A DNA stretch of 64,000 nucleotides from Escherichia phage JK1. The position numbers were made by a program, and so were the translations under genes. The stretch's first letter is position 1. Each line of letters begins with the position of its first letter. Below, in pieces: positions 47,274 through 64,000 of this stretch. The stretch lies in the sequence record MZ436830.1, one strand, 5' to 3'. The notes under the pieces were generated by a model, which was not told the DNA's origin, searched no databases, and saw nothing but the letters and a program-made list of their open reading frames with translations.

Positions 47274-50200
47274 CAGTAAAAGCACCTTCAGTCACTAGTC
47301 TCAGAATTTCCAAGTTATCCGCAAATCAGGTGCAAGTACGCTGGGATGACGTTGGTGCTAATTTCTACTATTTTGTAGAAATCGCTGAGACAAAAACAAA
47401 CTCGGGGGAAAATCTCCCGAGTAATCAATACAGATGGATTAACTTAGGATATACTGCAAATAACAGCTTCTTTTTTGATGATGCTGATCCATTGACATCA
47501 TACATTATCAGAGTAGCTACAGCTGCGCAAGATTTTGAGCAGTCTGATTGGATTTATACCGAAGAGTTTGAAACTTTTGCTACAAATGCTTATACATTTC
47601 AAAACATGATTGAAATGCAATTAGCCAATAAATTCATTCAGGAAAAATTTACTCTTAATAATTCTGATTATGTTAATTTTAATAATGACACTATAATGGC
47701 TGCATTGATGAATGAATCATTTCAATTCAGCCCATCGTATGTTGATGTTTCATCAATAAGTAATTTTATTATTGGTGAAAATGAGTATCATGAAATACAA
47801 GGTTCTATTCAGCAAGTATGTAAGGATATTAACCGAGTTTATTTGATGGAATCAGAAGGAATTCTATATCTTTTTGAGCGCTATCAACCTGTAGTTAAAG
47901 TATCCAATGATAAAGGACAAACTTGGAAAGCTGTAAAGCTCTTCAATGACCGTGTAGGATATCCTTTATCTAAGACAGTATATTACCAATCTGCGAACAC
48001 AACATACGTTCTAGGATACGACAAGATTTTCTATGGCCGCAAATCTACTGATGTTAGATGGTCAGCCGATGATGTCAGATTTAGTTCTCAGGATATAACA
48101 TTTGCTAAACTTGGCGACCAACTTCATTTAGGATTTGATGTAGAAATTTTTGCCACTTACGCGACTTTGCCAGCGAATGTATACCGCATTGCAGAAGCTA
48201 TTACTTGCACCGATGATTACATTTACGTTGTCGCCAGAGACAAAGTTAGATACATAAAAACGAGTAATGCACCTATAGATTCTGATCCATTATCTCCAAC
48301 ATATTCGGAAAGACTTTTTGAACCTGATACTATGACTATAACCGGAAATCCTAAAGCGGTATGCTATAAAATGGATTCTATCGGTGATAAAGTTTTTGCT
48401 CTTATTATTGGTGAAGTTGAAACATTAAATGCTAATCCTAGAACATCAAAAATAATTGATTCCGCTGATAAAGGAATATATGTTTTAAATCATGACGAAA
48501 AAACATGGAAAAGAGTTTTTGGTAATACCGAAGAAGAAAGAAGACGTATTCAACCCGGATATGCGAATATGTCAACTGACGGTAAATTAGTTTCTCTGTC
48601 TTCGAGTAATTTTAAATTTTTAAGTGATAATGTTGTTAATGACCCTGAAACTGCAGCAAAATATCAGTTAATTGGTGCTGTCAAATATGAATTTCCTCGT
48701 GAATGGCTAGCTGATAAGCATTATCATATGATGGCATTTATAGCGGATGAAAAATCTGATTGGGAAACTTTTACTCCTCAACCAATGAAATACTACGCAG
48801 AACCGTTCTTTAACTGGTCTAAAAAATCTAACACACGCTGTTGGATAAACAACTCCGATAGGGTTGTAGTAGTTTATGCTGATTTAAAATACACTAAAGT
48901 TATAGAAAATATTCCGGAAACATCACCAGATAGATTAGTTCATGAATACTGGGATGATGGCGATTGTACTATAGTAATGCCAAATGTTAAATTCACTGGA
49001 TTTAAAAAATATGCATCTGGGATGCTTTTCTATAAAGCCTCTGGTGAAATAATTTCTTACTATGATTTTAACTATCGCGTGAGAGATACAGTAGAAATTA
49101 TTTGGAAGCCAACTGAAGTATTTTTAAAAGCATTTTTACAAAACCAAGAGCATGAAACTCCTTGGTCGCCTGAAGAAGAGCGTGGATTGGCTGACCCTGA
49201 TTTAAGACCATTGATTGGCACAATGATGCCTGATTCTTATTTGTTGCAGGATTCGAATTTTGAGGCATTTTGCGAAGCATATATTCAGTATCTTTCTGAT
49301 GGATATGGAACTCAGTATAACAATTTACGAAATTTAATTCGTAACAAATATCCACGAGAAGAGCATGCATGGGAATATTTGTGGTCAGAGATATATAAAA
49401 GAAACATTTATTTAAATGCTGACAAACGTGATGCTGTTGCAAGATTTTTCGAATCACGTAGCTATGATTTTTATTCTACTAAAGGAATTGAAGCATCATA
49501 CAAATTTCTTTTTAAAGTTCTTTATAATGAAGAGGTTGAAATTGAAATTGAATCTGGGGCTGGTACTGAATATGATATAATCGTTCAATCTGATTCTTTG
49601 ACTGAAGACTTAGTAGGACAAACGATTTATACAGCTACAGGAAGATGTAATGTTACTTATATAGAAAGAAGCTATTCTAATGGTAAATTGCAATGGACCG
49701 TAACTATTCATAATCTTTTGGGACGATTAATTGCTGGCCAAGAAGTTAAAGCAGAAAGACTTCCTAGTTTTGAAGGCGAAATTATTCGTGGGGTTAAAGG
49801 AAAGGATTTGCTTCAAAATAATATAGACTATATTAATAGAAGTCGATCATATTATGTAATGAAAATTAAATCCAATTTACCTTCTTCTCGTTGGAAATCT
49901 GACGTTATTCGTTTTGTTCATCCAGTAGGATTTGGATTTATAGCAATTACCCTTTTAACGATGTTTATTAATGTTGGTTTAACTCTTAAACACACAGAGA
50001 CTATAATTAATAAATACAAAAACTATAAATGGGATTCTGGATTGCCTACTGAATATGCTGATAGAGTAGCTAAATTGACTCCAACTGGTGAAATTGAGCA
50101 TGATTCGGTAACAGGCGAAGCAATTTATGAGCCTGGCCCAATGGCTGGTGTAGAATATCCTCTTCCTGATGACTATAATGCTGAAAATAATAATTCAATA

Positions 50201-50368
50201 TTTCAAGGTCAATTGCCGTCTGAACGACGTAAATTAATGAGTCCTTTATTTGATGCATCTGGAACAACATTTGCGCAATTTAGAGATTTAGTTAATAAAC
50301 GTCTAAAAGATAATATAGGAAATACAAGAGACCCTGAAAATCCAACACAGGTTAAAATAGATGAATGA
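47270..50368 (+). CDS. 7: Baseplate wedge protein gp7
   Basis: 1032 aa, size and order as T4. Confidence 0.85.
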   Translation: MTVKAPSVTSLRISKLSANQVQVRWDDVGANFYYFVEIAETKTNSGENLPSNQYRWINLGYTANNSFFFDDADPLTSYIIRVATAAQDFEQSDWIYTEEFETFATNAYTFQNMIEMQLANKFIQEKFTLNNSDYVNFNNDTIMAALMNESFQFSPSYVDVSSISNFIIGENEYHEIQGSIQQVCKDINRVYLMESEGILYLFERYQPVVKVSNDKGQTWKAVKLFNDRVGYPLSKTVYYQSANTTYVLGYDKIFYGRKSTDVRWSADDVRFSSQDITFAKLGDQLHLGFDVEIFATYATLPANVYRIAEAITCTDDYIYVVARDKVRYIKTSNAPIDSDPLSPTYSERLFEPDTMTITGNPKAVCYKMDSIGDKVFALIIGEVETLNANPRTSKIIDSADKGIYVLNHDEKTWKRVFGNTEEERRRIQPGYANMSTDGKLVSLSSSNFKFLSDNVVNDPETAAKYQLIGAVKYEFPREWLADKHYHMMAFIADEKSDWETFTPQPMKYYAEPFFNWSKKSNTRCWINNSDRVVVVYADLKYTKVIENIPETSPDRLVHEYWDDGDCTIVMPNVKFTGFKKYASGMLFYKASGEIISYYDFNYRVRDTVEIIWKPTEVFLKAFLQNQEHETPWSPEEERGLADPDLRPLIGTMMPDSYLLQDSNFEAFCEAYIQYLSDGYGTQYNNLRNLIRNKYPREEHAWEYLWSEIYKRNIYLNADKRDAVARFFESRSYDFYSTKGIEASYKFLFKVLYNEEVEIEIESGAGTEYDIIVQSDSLTEDLVGQTIYTATGRCNVTYIERSYSNGKLQWTVTIHNLLGRLIAGQEVKAERLPSFEGEIIRGVKGKDLLQNNIDYINRSRSYYVMKIKSNLPSSRWKSDVIRFVHPVGFGFIAITLLTMFINVGLTLKHTETIINKYKNYKWDSGLPTEYADRVAKLTPTGEIEHDSVTGEAIYEPGPMAGVEYPLPDDYNAENNNSIFQGQLPSERRKLMSPLFDASGTTFAQFRDLVNKRLKDNIGNTRDPENPTQVKIDE

Positions 50369-51365
50369 TTCAAGTGTTATCTATCGTGCGATAGTTACTT
50401 CAAAATTTAGAACAGAAAAAATGTTGAATTTTTATAATTCAATTGGAAGTGGTCCGGATAAAAACACTATCTTTATCACATTTGGAAGATCAGAACCGTG
50501 GTCATCAAATGAAAATGAGGTGGGCTTTGCCCCACCTTATCCTACCGATTCTGTATTAGGTGTAACTGACATGTGGACTCATATGATGGGAACAGTAAAG
50601 GTTCTTCCATCAATGCTTGATGCTGTTATTCCTCGTAGAGATTGGGGAGATACTAGATATCCGGATCCATACACATTTAGAATTAACGATATTGTAGTGT
50701 GTAACTCAGCTCCTTACAACGCTACTGAATCAGGCGCAGGCTGGTTAGTATATCGTTGTTTAGATGTTCCTGATACCGGAATGTGTTCAATCGCATCTTT
50801 AACTGATAAGGATGAATGCCTTAAGTTAGGTGGAAAATGGACTCCTTCTGCTAGGTCAATGACTCCTCCTGAAGGTCGAGGAGATGCTGAAGGAACAATT
50901 GAACCTGGGGACGGATATGTTTGGGAATATCTATTTGAGATTCCGCCTGATGTATCTATAAATAGATGCACGAATGAATATATCGTGGTTCCTTGGCCTG
51001 AGGAATTAAAAGAAGACCCGACTAGATGGGGATATGAAGATAATCTCACTTGGCAGCAAGATGATTTTGGATTAATTTACCGTGTTAAGGCAAATACTAT
51101 CCGTTTTAAAGCATATTTAGATTCAGTTTATTTTCCTGAAGCTGCATTGCCAGGAAATAAAGGATTTAGACAAATATCAATAATCACGAATCCTCTTGAA
51201 GCTAAAGCTCATCCAAATGACCCAAACGTTAAAGCTGAAAAGGATTATTATGATCCGGAAGATTTAATGAGGCATTCGGGCGAAATGATTTATATGGAAA
51301 ATAGGCCACCTATTATTATGGCAATGGATCAGACAGAAGAAATCAATATTCTGTTTACATTTTAA
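50361..51365 (+). CDS. 8: Baseplate wedge protein gp8
   Basis: 334 aa. Confidence 0.85.
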   Translation: MNDSSVIYRAIVTSKFRTEKMLNFYNSIGSGPDKNTIFITFGRSEPWSSNENEVGFAPPYPTDSVLGVTDMWTHMMGTVKVLPSMLDAVIPRRDWGDTRYPDPYTFRINDIVVCNSAPYNATESGAGWLVYRCLDVPDTGMCSIASLTDKDECLKLGGKWTPSARSMTPPEGRGDAEGTIEPGDGYVWEYLFEIPPDVSINRCTNEYIVVPWPEELKEDPTRWGYEDNLTWQQDDFGLIYRVKANTIRFKAYLDSVYFPEAALPGNKGFRQISIITNPLEAKAHPNDPNVKAEKDYYDPEDLMRHSGEMIYMENRPPIIMAMDQTEEINILFTF

Positions 51366-51370
51366 ATTAA

Positions 51371-51393
51371 GGGAGCCCATGGGCTCCCTTTTT
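51371..51393 (+). terminator. Rho-independent terminator after gene 8
   Basis: gggagcccatgggctccc hairpin followed by ttttt. Confidence 0.6.
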
Positions 51394-51396
51394 CTT

Positions 51397-51404
51397 TATA
51401 AATA
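51397..51404 (+). promoter_or_regulatory. Late promoter TATAAATA for gene 9
   Basis: tataaata at 51397-51404, 25 nt before the ATG. Confidence 0.55.
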
Positions 51405-51428
51405 CTATAAACTCATAAGGAAACCGCT

Positions 51429-52295
51429 ATGTTCATTCAAGAACCAAAGAAATTGATTGATACCGGCGAAATTGGTAACGCTTCTACTGGTGATATCTTA
51501 TTCGACGGTGGTAATAAAATTAATAGTGATTTTAACGCAATTTATAATGCGTTTGGCGATCAACGTAAAATGGCAGTAGCAAATGGCACCGGAGCAGATG
51601 GTCAAATTATCCATGCTACTGGATATTATCAAAAACACTCTATTGCAGAGTATGCAACTCCAGTAAAAGTTGGCACTAGGCATGATATTGATACCTCTAC
51701 TGTAGGTGTTAAAGTTATCATTGAAAGAGGCGAACTCGGCGATTGTGTTGAATTCATTAATTCTAACGGATCAATATCAGTTACTAATCCTTTGACAATT
51801 CAAGCTATTGATTCAATTAAAGGTGTTTCAGGTAATTTAGTAGTAACTAGCCCATATAGTAAAGTTACTTTACGCTGTATTTCATCTGATAATTCTACGT
51901 CGGTTTGGAATTATTCTATTGAAAGTATGTTTGGACAAAAGGAATCACCAGCTGAAGGTACATGGAATATTTCTACATCTGGATCAGTTGATATTCCACT
52001 ATTTCATCGCACTGAATACAATATGGCTAAATTACTAGTTACATGCCAATCGGTAGATGGAAGAAAAATTAAAACAGCAGAAATAAATATTCTTGTGGAT
52101 ACTGTCAATTCAGAGGTAATTTCTTCTGAATATGCTGTCATGCGAGTTGGGAATGAAACCGAAGAAGACGAAATCGCTAATATTGCATTTAGTATTAAAG
52201 AAAATTACGTAACGGCGACTATAAGTTCTTCAACTGTCGGTATGAGAGCAGCAGTTAAAGTTATCGCTACGCAGAAAATCGGGGTGGCTCAATAA
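51429..52295 (+). CDS. 9: Baseplate protein gp9 (long tail fibre socket)
   Basis: 288 aa. Confidence 0.85.
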   Translation: MFIQEPKKLIDTGEIGNASTGDILFDGGNKINSDFNAIYNAFGDQRKMAVANGTGADGQIIHATGYYQKHSIAEYATPVKVGTRHDIDTSTVGVKVIIERGELGDCVEFINSNGSISVTNPLTIQAIDSIKGVSGNLVVTSPYSKVTLRCISSDNSTSVWNYSIESMFGQKESPAEGTWNISTSGSVDIPLFHRTEYNMAKLLVTCQSVDGRKIKTAEINILVDTVNSEVISSEYAVMRVGNETEEDEIANIAFSIKENYVTATISSSTVGMRAAVKVIATQKIGVAQ

Positions 52296-54103
52296 TGAAA
52301 CAAAATATTAATATCGGTAATGTTGTAGATGATGGTACCGGTGACTACCTGCGTAAAGGTGGTATAAAAATAAATGAAAACTTTGATGAGCTTTATTATG
52401 AACTCGGTGATGGTGATGTTCCATATTCAGCCGGTGCCTGGAAAACTTATAATGCTTCATCAGGACAAACATTAACAGCAGAATGGGGAAAATCGTACGC
52501 TATTAATACATCTTCTGGAAGAGTGACTATAAATCTTCCAAAGGGCACAGTTAATGATTACAACAAGGTAATTAGAGCTAGAGACGTATTTGCTACATGG
52601 AACGTCAACCCAGTTACACTAGTAGCTGCTTCCGGAGATACGATTAAAGGGTCTGCAGTACCAGTTGAAATTAATGTTCAATTCAGCGATTTAGAACTAG
52701 TGTATTGTGCCCCAGGACGTTGGGAATATGTCAAAAATAAACAAATTGACAAAATTACCAGTTCAGACATTAGTAATGTAGCTCGTAAAGAATTTTTAGT
52801 CGAAGTCCAAGGACAAACAGACTTTTTAGATGTTTTCCGTGGAACCAGTTATAATGTAAATAACATCAGAGTAAAACATCGTGGTAACGAATTGTATTAT
52901 GGCGATGTGTTTAGCGAAAACAGTGATTTTGGCTCTCCGGGCGAAAATGAAGGAGAACTAGTTCCTCTTGATGGATTTAATATTCGATTAAGACAGCCTT
53001 GTAATATTGGTGACACTGTTCAAATTGAAACATTTATGGATGGTGTATCGCAGTGGAGAAGTTCATATACAAGACGTCAAATTAGATTGTTAGATTCAAA
53101 ATTAACGTCAAAAACTTCTTTAGAAGGAAGCATTTACGTTACTGATTTATCAACAATGAAATCAATTCCATTTTCTGCTTTTGGATTAATTCCAGGAGAA
53201 CCTATTAATCCTAACTCTCTTGAGGTTCGTTTTAACGGGATTTTGCAGGAATTGGCTGGCACAGTTGGAATGCCATTATTTCATTGTGTTGGTGCCGATT
53301 CAGACGATGAAGTAGAATGCTCTGTTTTAGGTGGAACTTGGGAACAATCTCATACCGATTATTCAGTTGAAACTGATGAAAACGGCATACCGGAAATTTT
53401 ACATTTCGATAGAGTATTTGAGCATGGTGACATTATCAATATCACCTGGTTTAATAATGATTTAGGTACATTATTAACAAAAGATGAGATTATTGATGAA
53501 ACTGATAATCTCTATGTATCGCAAGGACCAGGAGTAGATATTTCCGGTGATGTAAATTTAACAGACTTCGATAAAATTGGTTGGCCAAATGTAGAAGCAG
53601 TTCAATCTTATCAACGCGAATTTAATGCTGTTTCAAATATCTTTGATACGATTTATCCTATTGGAACTATATATGAAAACGCTGTTAATCCAAACAACCC
53701 TGTTACATATATGGGATTCGGCTCATGGAAATTATTTGGGCAAGGAAAAGTTTTAGTTGGATGGAATGAAGATATTTCGGACCCTAACTTTGCTCTAAAT
53801 AACAACGATTTAGATTCGGGTGGAAATCCTTCGCATACTGCAGGTGGAACAGGTGGTTCTACTTCTGTTACATTGGAAAATGCTAATCTTCCTGCAACTG
53901 AAACAGATGAAGAAGTTCTAATAGTTGATGAAAATGGATCAGTCATTGTTGGTGGGTGTCAATACGATCCAGATGAATCCGGTCCAATTTACACTAAATA
54001 CCGTGAAGCTAAAGCATCTACTAACTCTACTCACACTCCGCCAACATCAATAACTAACATTCAACCATATATTACAGTTTATCGTTGGATAAGGATTGCA
54101 TAA
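52295..54103 (+). CDS. 10: Baseplate wedge protein gp10
   Basis: 602 aa. Confidence 0.85.
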   Translation: MKQNINIGNVVDDGTGDYLRKGGIKINENFDELYYELGDGDVPYSAGAWKTYNASSGQTLTAEWGKSYAINTSSGRVTINLPKGTVNDYNKVIRARDVFATWNVNPVTLVAASGDTIKGSAVPVEINVQFSDLELVYCAPGRWEYVKNKQIDKITSSDISNVARKEFLVEVQGQTDFLDVFRGTSYNVNNIRVKHRGNELYYGDVFSENSDFGSPGENEGELVPLDGFNIRLRQPCNIGDTVQIETFMDGVSQWRSSYTRRQIRLLDSKLTSKTSLEGSIYVTDLSTMKSIPFSAFGLIPGEPINPNSLEVRFNGILQELAGTVGMPLFHCVGADSDDEVECSVLGGTWEQSHTDYSVETDENGIPEILHFDRVFEHGDIINITWFNNDLGTLLTKDEIIDETDNLYVSQGPGVDISGDVNLTDFDKIGWPNVEAVQSYQREFNAVSNIFDTIYPIGTIYENAVNPNNPVTYMGFGSWKLFGQGKVLVGWNEDISDPNFALNNNDLDSGGNPSHTAGGTGGSTSVTLENANLPATETDEEVLIVDENGSVIVGGCQYDPDESGPIYTKYREAKASTNSTHTPPTSITNIQPYITVYRWIRIA

Positions 54104-54762
54104 TGAGTTTACTTAATAATAAAGCGGGAGTTATTTCCCGCTTAGCCGATTTTCTTGGTTTTAGACCTAAAGCTGGTAATATAGATGTAATGAATCGTCA
54201 ATCAGTTGGGTCAGTGACAATTTCTCAATTAGCGAAAGGATTCTATGAACCAAACGTAGAATCAGCTATTAATGATGTTCATAATTTTTCTATAAAAGAC
54301 ATTGGTACAATTATTACTAATAAAACTGGTGTTTCTCCTGAGGGTGTTTCTCAAACTGATTATTGGGCATTTTCTGGAACTGTAACAGACGATTCTCTTC
54401 CTCCGGGTTCTCCTGTTACGGTATTAGTATTTGGTCTTCCAGTTTCAGCAACTACTGGAATGACGGCAATTGAGTTTGTTGCAAAAGTTCGTGTTGCCCT
54501 TCAAGAAGCTATTGCGTCATTTACTGCTATTAACTCATATAAAGACCATCCAACAGATGGTAGTAAATTAGAAGTTACTTATTTAGATAATCAAAAACAT
54601 GTATTAAGCACATATTCTACATATGGAATAACTATTTCACAGGAAATTATTTCTGAGTCTAAACCTGGCTACGGTACATGGAATTTATTAGGCGCACAAA
54701 CTGTAACTTTAGATAATCAGCAGACTCCTACAGTACTTTATCATTTTGAGAGAACAGCATGA
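54103..54762 (+). CDS. 11: Baseplate wedge protein gp11 (short tail fibre attachment)
   Basis: 219 aa from MSLLNNKAG; TAATG overlap with the gene 10 stop; ORF track starts 6 codons upstream. Confidence 0.8.
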   Translation: MSLLNNKAGVISRLADFLGFRPKAGNIDVMNRQSVGSVTISQLAKGFYEPNVESAINDVHNFSIKDIGTIITNKTGVSPEGVSQTDYWAFSGTVTDDSLPPGSPVTVLVFGLPVSATTGMTAIEFVAKVRVALQEAIASFTAINSYKDHPTDGSKLEVTYLDNQKHVLSTYSTYGITISQEIISESKPGYGTWNLLGAQTVTLDNQQTPTVLYHFERTA

Positions 54763-56342
54763 GTAATAATACATATCAACACGTTTCTAATGAATCTCGT
54801 TATGTAAAATTTGATCCAACTGGTACAAATTTTCCGGAAGAGATTACTGATGTTCAGGCTGCTATAGCAGCCATTTCTCCTGCTGGCGTAAATGGAGTTC
54901 CTGATGCATCGTCAACAACAAAGGGAATTTTATTTCTTGCCACTGAACAGGAAGTTATAGATGGAACTAATAATACCAAAGCAGTTACACCGGCAACGTT
55001 GGCAACAAGATTATCATATCCAAATGCTACCGAAGAAGTTTATGGACTTACACGTTATTCAACAGACGATGAAGCTGTAGCTGGTGTTAATAATGAATCA
55101 TCTATAACTCCGGCTAAATTTACTACAGCAATTAATCACATTTTTGATACACGAATTTCTTCTGAAAGTTCACTTGGCGTTATTAAGTTATCATCTCTAC
55201 CGCAAGCATTAGCTGGTGCAGATGATACTACTGCAATGACTCCATTAAAAACGCAGCAGTTAGCTATTAAATTAATTGCGCAAATTGCTCCTTCTGAAAC
55301 CACAGCTACCGAATCGGACCAAGGTGTTGTTCAATTAGCAACAGTAGCGCAGGTTCGTCAGGGAACTTTAAGAGAAGGCTATGCAATTTCTCCTTATACG
55401 TTTATGAATTCATCTGCTACTGAAGAATATAAAGGCGTAATTAAATTAGGAACACAGTCAGAAGTTAACTCGAATAATGCTTCTGTTGCTGTTACTGGTG
55501 CAACTCTTAATGGTCGTGGTTCTACAACGTCAATGAGAGGCGTAGTTAAATTAACTACAACTGCCGGCTCACAGAGTGGAGGTGATGCTTCATCAGCACT
55601 AGCTTGGAATGCTGATGTTATCCACCAAAGAGGTGGTCAAACGATTAATGGAACACTTCGCATTAATAATACGCTTACAATAGCTTCAGGTGGAGCAAAT
55701 ATTACCGGAACAGTTAACATGACTGGCGGTTATATTCAAGGTAAGCGTGTCGTAACACAAAATGAAATTGATAGAACTATTCCTGTCGGAGCTATTATGA
55801 TGTGGGCCGCTGATAGTCTTCCTAGTGATGCTTGGCGTTTTTGCCACGGTGGAACTGTTTCAGCGTCAGATTGTCCATTATATGCTTCTAGAATTGGAAC
55901 AAGATATGGCGGAAGCTCATCAAATCCTGGATTGCCTGACATGCGTGGTCTTTTTGTTCGTGGTTCTGGTCGTGGCTCTCACTTAACAAATCCAAATGTT
56001 AATGGTAATGACCAATTTGGTAAACCTAGATTAGGTGTAGGTTGTACTGGTGGATATGTTGGTGAAGTACAGAAACAACAGATGTCTTATCATAAACATG
56101 CTGGCGGATTTGGTGAGCATGATGATTCTGGGGCATTCGGTAATACCCGTAGATCAAATTTTGTTGGTACACGTAAAGGACTTGACTGGGATAACCGTTC
56201 ATACTTCACCAATGACGGATATGAAATTGACCCGGCATCACAACGAAATTCCAAATATACATTAAATCGTCCTGAATTAATTGGAAATGAAACACGTCCA
56301 TGGAACATTTCTTTAAACTACATAATTAAGGTAAAAGAATGA
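54759..56342 (+). CDS. 12: Short tail fibre protein gp12
   Basis: 527 aa. Confidence 0.85.
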   Translation: MSNNTYQHVSNESRYVKFDPTGTNFPEEITDVQAAIAAISPAGVNGVPDASSTTKGILFLATEQEVIDGTNNTKAVTPATLATRLSYPNATEEVYGLTRYSTDDEAVAGVNNESSITPAKFTTAINHIFDTRISSESSLGVIKLSSLPQALAGADDTTAMTPLKTQQLAIKLIAQIAPSETTATESDQGVVQLATVAQVRQGTLREGYAISPYTFMNSSATEEYKGVIKLGTQSEVNSNNASVAVTGATLNGRGSTTSMRGVVKLTTTAGSQSGGDASSALAWNADVIHQRGGQTINGTLRINNTLTIASGGANITGTVNMTGGYIQGKRVVTQNEIDRTIPVGAIMMWAADSLPSDAWRFCHGGTVSASDCPLYASRIGTRYGGSSSNPGLPDMRGLFVRGSGRGSHLTNPNVNGNDQFGKPRLGVGCTGGYVGEVQKQQMSYHKHAGGFGEHDDSGAFGNTRRSNFVGTRKGLDWDNRSYFTNDGYEIDPASQRNSKYTLNRPELIGNETRPWNISLNYIIKVKE

Positions 56343-57802
56343 CAGATATTGTACTGAATGACTTACCATTCGTTGACGGCCCTCCTGCAGAGGGCCAGAG
56401 CCGCATTTCCTGGATTAAAAACGGCGAAGAAATATTAGGAGCTGACACACAGTATGGAAGTGAAGGTTCAATGAATAGACCTACAGTTTCTGTACTAAGA
56501 AATGTTGAAGTTCTCGATAAAAACATTGGAATACTTAAAACATCTTTAGAAACCGCAAATAGTGATATTAAAACAATTCAGGGCATCTTAGATGTATCTG
56601 GTGATATTGAAGCTTTGGCCCAAATAAGTATCAATAAAAATGATATTTCTGACCTTAAAACGCTAACCAGTGAACATACAGAAATATTAAATGGGACTAA
56701 TAGTACAGTTGACAGCATTCTTGCTGATATTGGTCCATTTAACTCCGAGGCCAACTCTGTATACAGAACGATCAGAAATGATTTACTATGGATAAAGCGT
56801 GAACTTGGACAATACACAGGTCAAGATATTAATGGTCTTCCTGTTGTAGGAAATCCTAGTAGTGGAATGAAGCATCGTATTATTAATAATACTGATGTCA
56901 TTACTTCACAGGGAATACGTTTAAGCGAATTAGAAACAAAATTTATTGAATCTGATGTAGGTTCTTTGACTATTGAAGTTGGCAATCTTCGCGAAGAGCT
57001 TGGACCGAAACCACCATCATTTTCACAGAACGTTTATAGTCGTTTAAATGAAATTGACACTAAACAGACAACAGTTGAGTCTGACATTAGTGCTATTAAG
57101 ACCTCAATAGGATATCCAGGAAATAATTCGATTATCACGAGTGTTAATACAAACACTGATAATATTGCATCTATTAATTTAGAGCTAAATCAAAGTGGAG
57201 GTATTAAACAGCGTTTAACCGTTATTGAAACTTCTATTGGATCAGACGATATTCCTTCAAGTATTAAAGGCCAAATCAAAGATAATACAACTTCAATCGA
57301 ATCTCTAAATGGAATCGTCGGTGAAAACACTTCATCTGGTTTAAGAGCGAATGTTTCGTGGTTAAACCAAATTGTTGGAACTGATTCTAGCGGTGGACAA
57401 CCTTCTCCTCCTGGGTCTCTTTTAAACCGAGTTTCTACAATTGAAACTTCTGTTTCAGGCTTGAATAACGATGTTCAAAACCTACAAGTAGAGATTGGTA
57501 ATAACAGCACAGGAATTAAAGGACAAGTTGTAGCGTTAAATACTTTAGTAAATGGAACTAATCCAAACGGTTCAACTGTTGAAGAACGCGGATTAACCAA
57601 TTCAATAAAAGCTAACGAAACCAACATCGCATCAGTTACACAAGAAGTAAATACAGCCAAAGGTAGTATATCTTCTCTGCAAGGTGATGTTCAAGCTCTA
57701 CAAGAAGCAGGTTATATTCCTGAAGCTCCAAAAGATGGTCAAGCTTACGTTCGTAAAGACGGCGAGTGGGTATTACTTTCTACCTTTTTATCACCAGCAT
57801 AA
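56339..57802 (+). CDS. wac: Fibritin (whisker antigen control, wac)
   Basis: 487 aa; coiled-coil; C-terminal foldon [27 protein letters not shown]. Confidence 0.9.
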   Translation: MTDIVLNDLPFVDGPPAEGQSRISWIKNGEEILGADTQYGSEGSMNRPTVSVLRNVEVLDKNIGILKTSLETANSDIKTIQGILDVSGDIEALAQISINKNDISDLKTLTSEHTEILNGTNSTVDSILADIGPFNSEANSVYRTIRNDLLWIKRELGQYTGQDINGLPVVGNPSSGMKHRIINNTDVITSQGIRLSELETKFIESDVGSLTIEVGNLREELGPKPPSFSQNVYSRLNEIDTKQTTVESDISAIKTSIGYPGNNSIITSVNTNTDNIASINLELNQSGGIKQRLTVIETSIGSDDIPSSIKGQIKDNTTSIESLNGIVGENTSSGLRANVSWLNQIVGTDSSGGQPSPPGSLLNRVSTIETSVSGLNNDVQNLQVEIGNNSTGIKGQVVALNTLVNGTNPNGSTVEERGLTNSIKANETNIASVTQEVNTAKGSISSLQGDVQALQEAGYIPEAPKDGQAYVRKDGEWVLLSTFLSPA

Positions 57803-57805
57803 CAT

Positions 57806-57821
57806 GGGGCCGCAAGGCCCC
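57806..57821 (+). other. GC hairpin with GCAA loop after wac (possible weak terminator or RNA-stabilising element)
   Basis: ggggcc-gcaa-ggcccc. Confidence 0.35.
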
Positions 57822-57834
57822 AAAGGATTTTTAA

Positions 57835-59536
<1,702 letters not shown>

Positions 59537-59577
59537 TAAATATTATAAACTAATTAAAGCCCAGATTAGGAGAAATC

Positions 59578-62718
<3,141 letters not shown>

Positions 62719-62746
62719 TATTAAAGCATATTAAAGAGGATTAAAA

Positions 62747-64000
62747 ATGACTTTATTATCTCCGGGCATTGAGCTCAAAGAAACTACGGTTCAAAGCACC
62801 GTGGTTAATAACTCTACTGGTACAGCAGCTTTGGCCGGTAAATTCCAGTGGGGTCCTGCTTTTCAGATTAAACAGGTTACAAATGAAGTAGATTTAGTTA
62901 ATACTTTTGGTCAACCAACCGCTGAAACTGCTGACTATTTTATGTCTGCGATGAATTTCTTGCAGTACGGAAATGACTTACGAGTAGTTCGTGCTGTTGA
63001 TAGAGATACCGCTAAAAACTCATCTCCGATTGCTGGTAATATTGAATACACAATTTCTACCCCAGGTAGTAACTATGCAGTTGGAGATAAAATCACGGTC
63101 AAATATGTTTCAAATGATATTGAAACTGAAGGTAAAATTACTGAAGTAGACGCAGATGGAAAAATTAAGAAAATTAATATTCCTACTGCAAAAATTATCG
63201 CTAAAGCTAAAGAAGTCGGTGAATACCCAACATTAGGTTCTAACTGGACTGCAGAAATTTCTTCGTCTTCCTCTGGTTTAGCCGCAGTAATAACTCTTGG
63301 AAAAATTATTACTGATTCTGGTATTTTATTAGCTGAAATTGAAAATGCTGAAGCTGCTATGACAGCGGTTGACTTTCAAGCAAATCTCGAAAAATACGGA
63401 ATTCCAGGAGTAGTAGCTCTTTATCCAGGCGAATTAGGCGATAAAATTGAAATTGAAATCGTATCTAAAGCTGACTATGCAAAAGGAGCTTCTGTATTAC
63501 TCCCAATTTATCCAGGTGGTGGTACTCGTGCATCTACTGCTAAAGCAGTGTTTGGATATGGACCACAAACTGATTCACAGTACGCTATTATAGTTCGTCG
63601 TAATGATGCTATTGTTCAAAGTGTTGTTCTTTCAACTAAGCGTGGTGAAAAAGATATTTACGATAGTAACATCTATATCGATGACTTTTTCGCAAAAGGT
63701 GGTTCAGAATATATTTTTGCAACTGCACAAAACTGGCCAGAAGGCTTCTCTGGAATTTTAACTCTTTCTGGTGGATTATCATCAAATGCTGAAGTAACAG
63801 CAGGAGATTTGATGGAAGCTTGGGACTTCTTTGCTGACCGTGAATCTGTAGATGTTCAACTGTTTATTGCGGGTTCTTGTGCCGGTGAATCTTTAGAAAC
63901 AGCATCTACTGTCCAAAAACATGTTGTTTCAATTGGGGATGCTCGTCAAGATTGCTTAGTATTGTGCTCACCACCACGTGAAACTGTAGTTGGAATTCCT
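62747..64000 (+). CDS. 18: Tail sheath protein gp18, N-terminal 418 codons (continues beyond window end)
   Basis: Frame open to window edge; MTLLSPGIELKETTVQSTVVNNSTGTAALAGKFQWGPAF matches T4 gp18 as I recall it. Confidence 0.9.
   Translation, partial: MTLLSPGIELKETTVQSTVVNNSTGTAALAGKFQWGPAFQIKQVTNEVDLVNTFGQPTAETADYFMSAMNFLQYGNDLRVVRAVDRDTAKNSSPIAGNIEYTISTPGSNYAVGDKITVKYVSNDIETEGKITEVDADGKIKKINIPTAKIIAKAKEVGEYPTLGSNWTAEISSSSSGLAAVITLGKIITDSGILLAEIENAEAAMTAVDFQANLEKYGIPGVVALYPGELGDKIEIEIVSKADYAKGASVLLPIYPGGGTRASTAKAVFGYGPQTDSQYAIIVRRNDAIVQSVVLSTKRGEKDIYDSNIYIDDFFAKGGSEYIFATAQNWPEGFSGILTLSGGLSSNAEVTAGDLMEAWDFFADRESVDVQLFIAGSCAGESLETASTVQKHVVSIGDARQDCLVLCSPPRETVVGIP

Noticed and set aside
44998-57660. 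Minus-strand ORFs inside late genes (e.g. 44998..45216, 49098..49457, 50714..51049, 53653..53946, 55736..55942, 56578..56817, 57475..57660)
   Set aside because: Antisense to long, well-supported structural genes; no promoter or ribosome-binding signals; spurious.

Overview
This window reads as a T4-like (Tequatrovirus-type) myophage genome segment, collinear with T4 from gene 46 to gene 18. All identifications are by reading the sequence and recalling T4 proteins; no database search was run. Positions 1-41,658 are a dense minus-strand array of early and accessory genes (46, 47, a-gt, 55, nrdH/G/D, 49, pin, nrdC and its downstream ORFs, rI, tk, regB, denV, e, nudE, a tRNA cluster, internal-protein-like genes, 57B/57A, 1, 3, 2, 4). 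Positions 42,158-64,000 are plus-strand late genes for baseplate, tail fibre, neck and terminase (53, 5, 5.4, 6-12, wac, 13-17, start of 18). I did not find a clearly novel multi-gene system; most of the window is known T-even biology. The points that deserve a second look are: (1) three ORFs carrying a capsid-targeting-sequence-like N-terminus, one of them with its own late promoter and flanked by near-identical terminator repeats; (2) a compact 10-tRNA cluster that includes tRNA-Tyr and tRNA-Asn and has no segB-like gene; (3) several tandem paralog families of small uncharacterised proteins; (4) repeated early-promoter and stem-loop modules between accessory genes; (5) an intronless nrdD and no homing-endonuclease ORFs anywhere in the window. 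No CRISPR array, integrase or transposase was seen.
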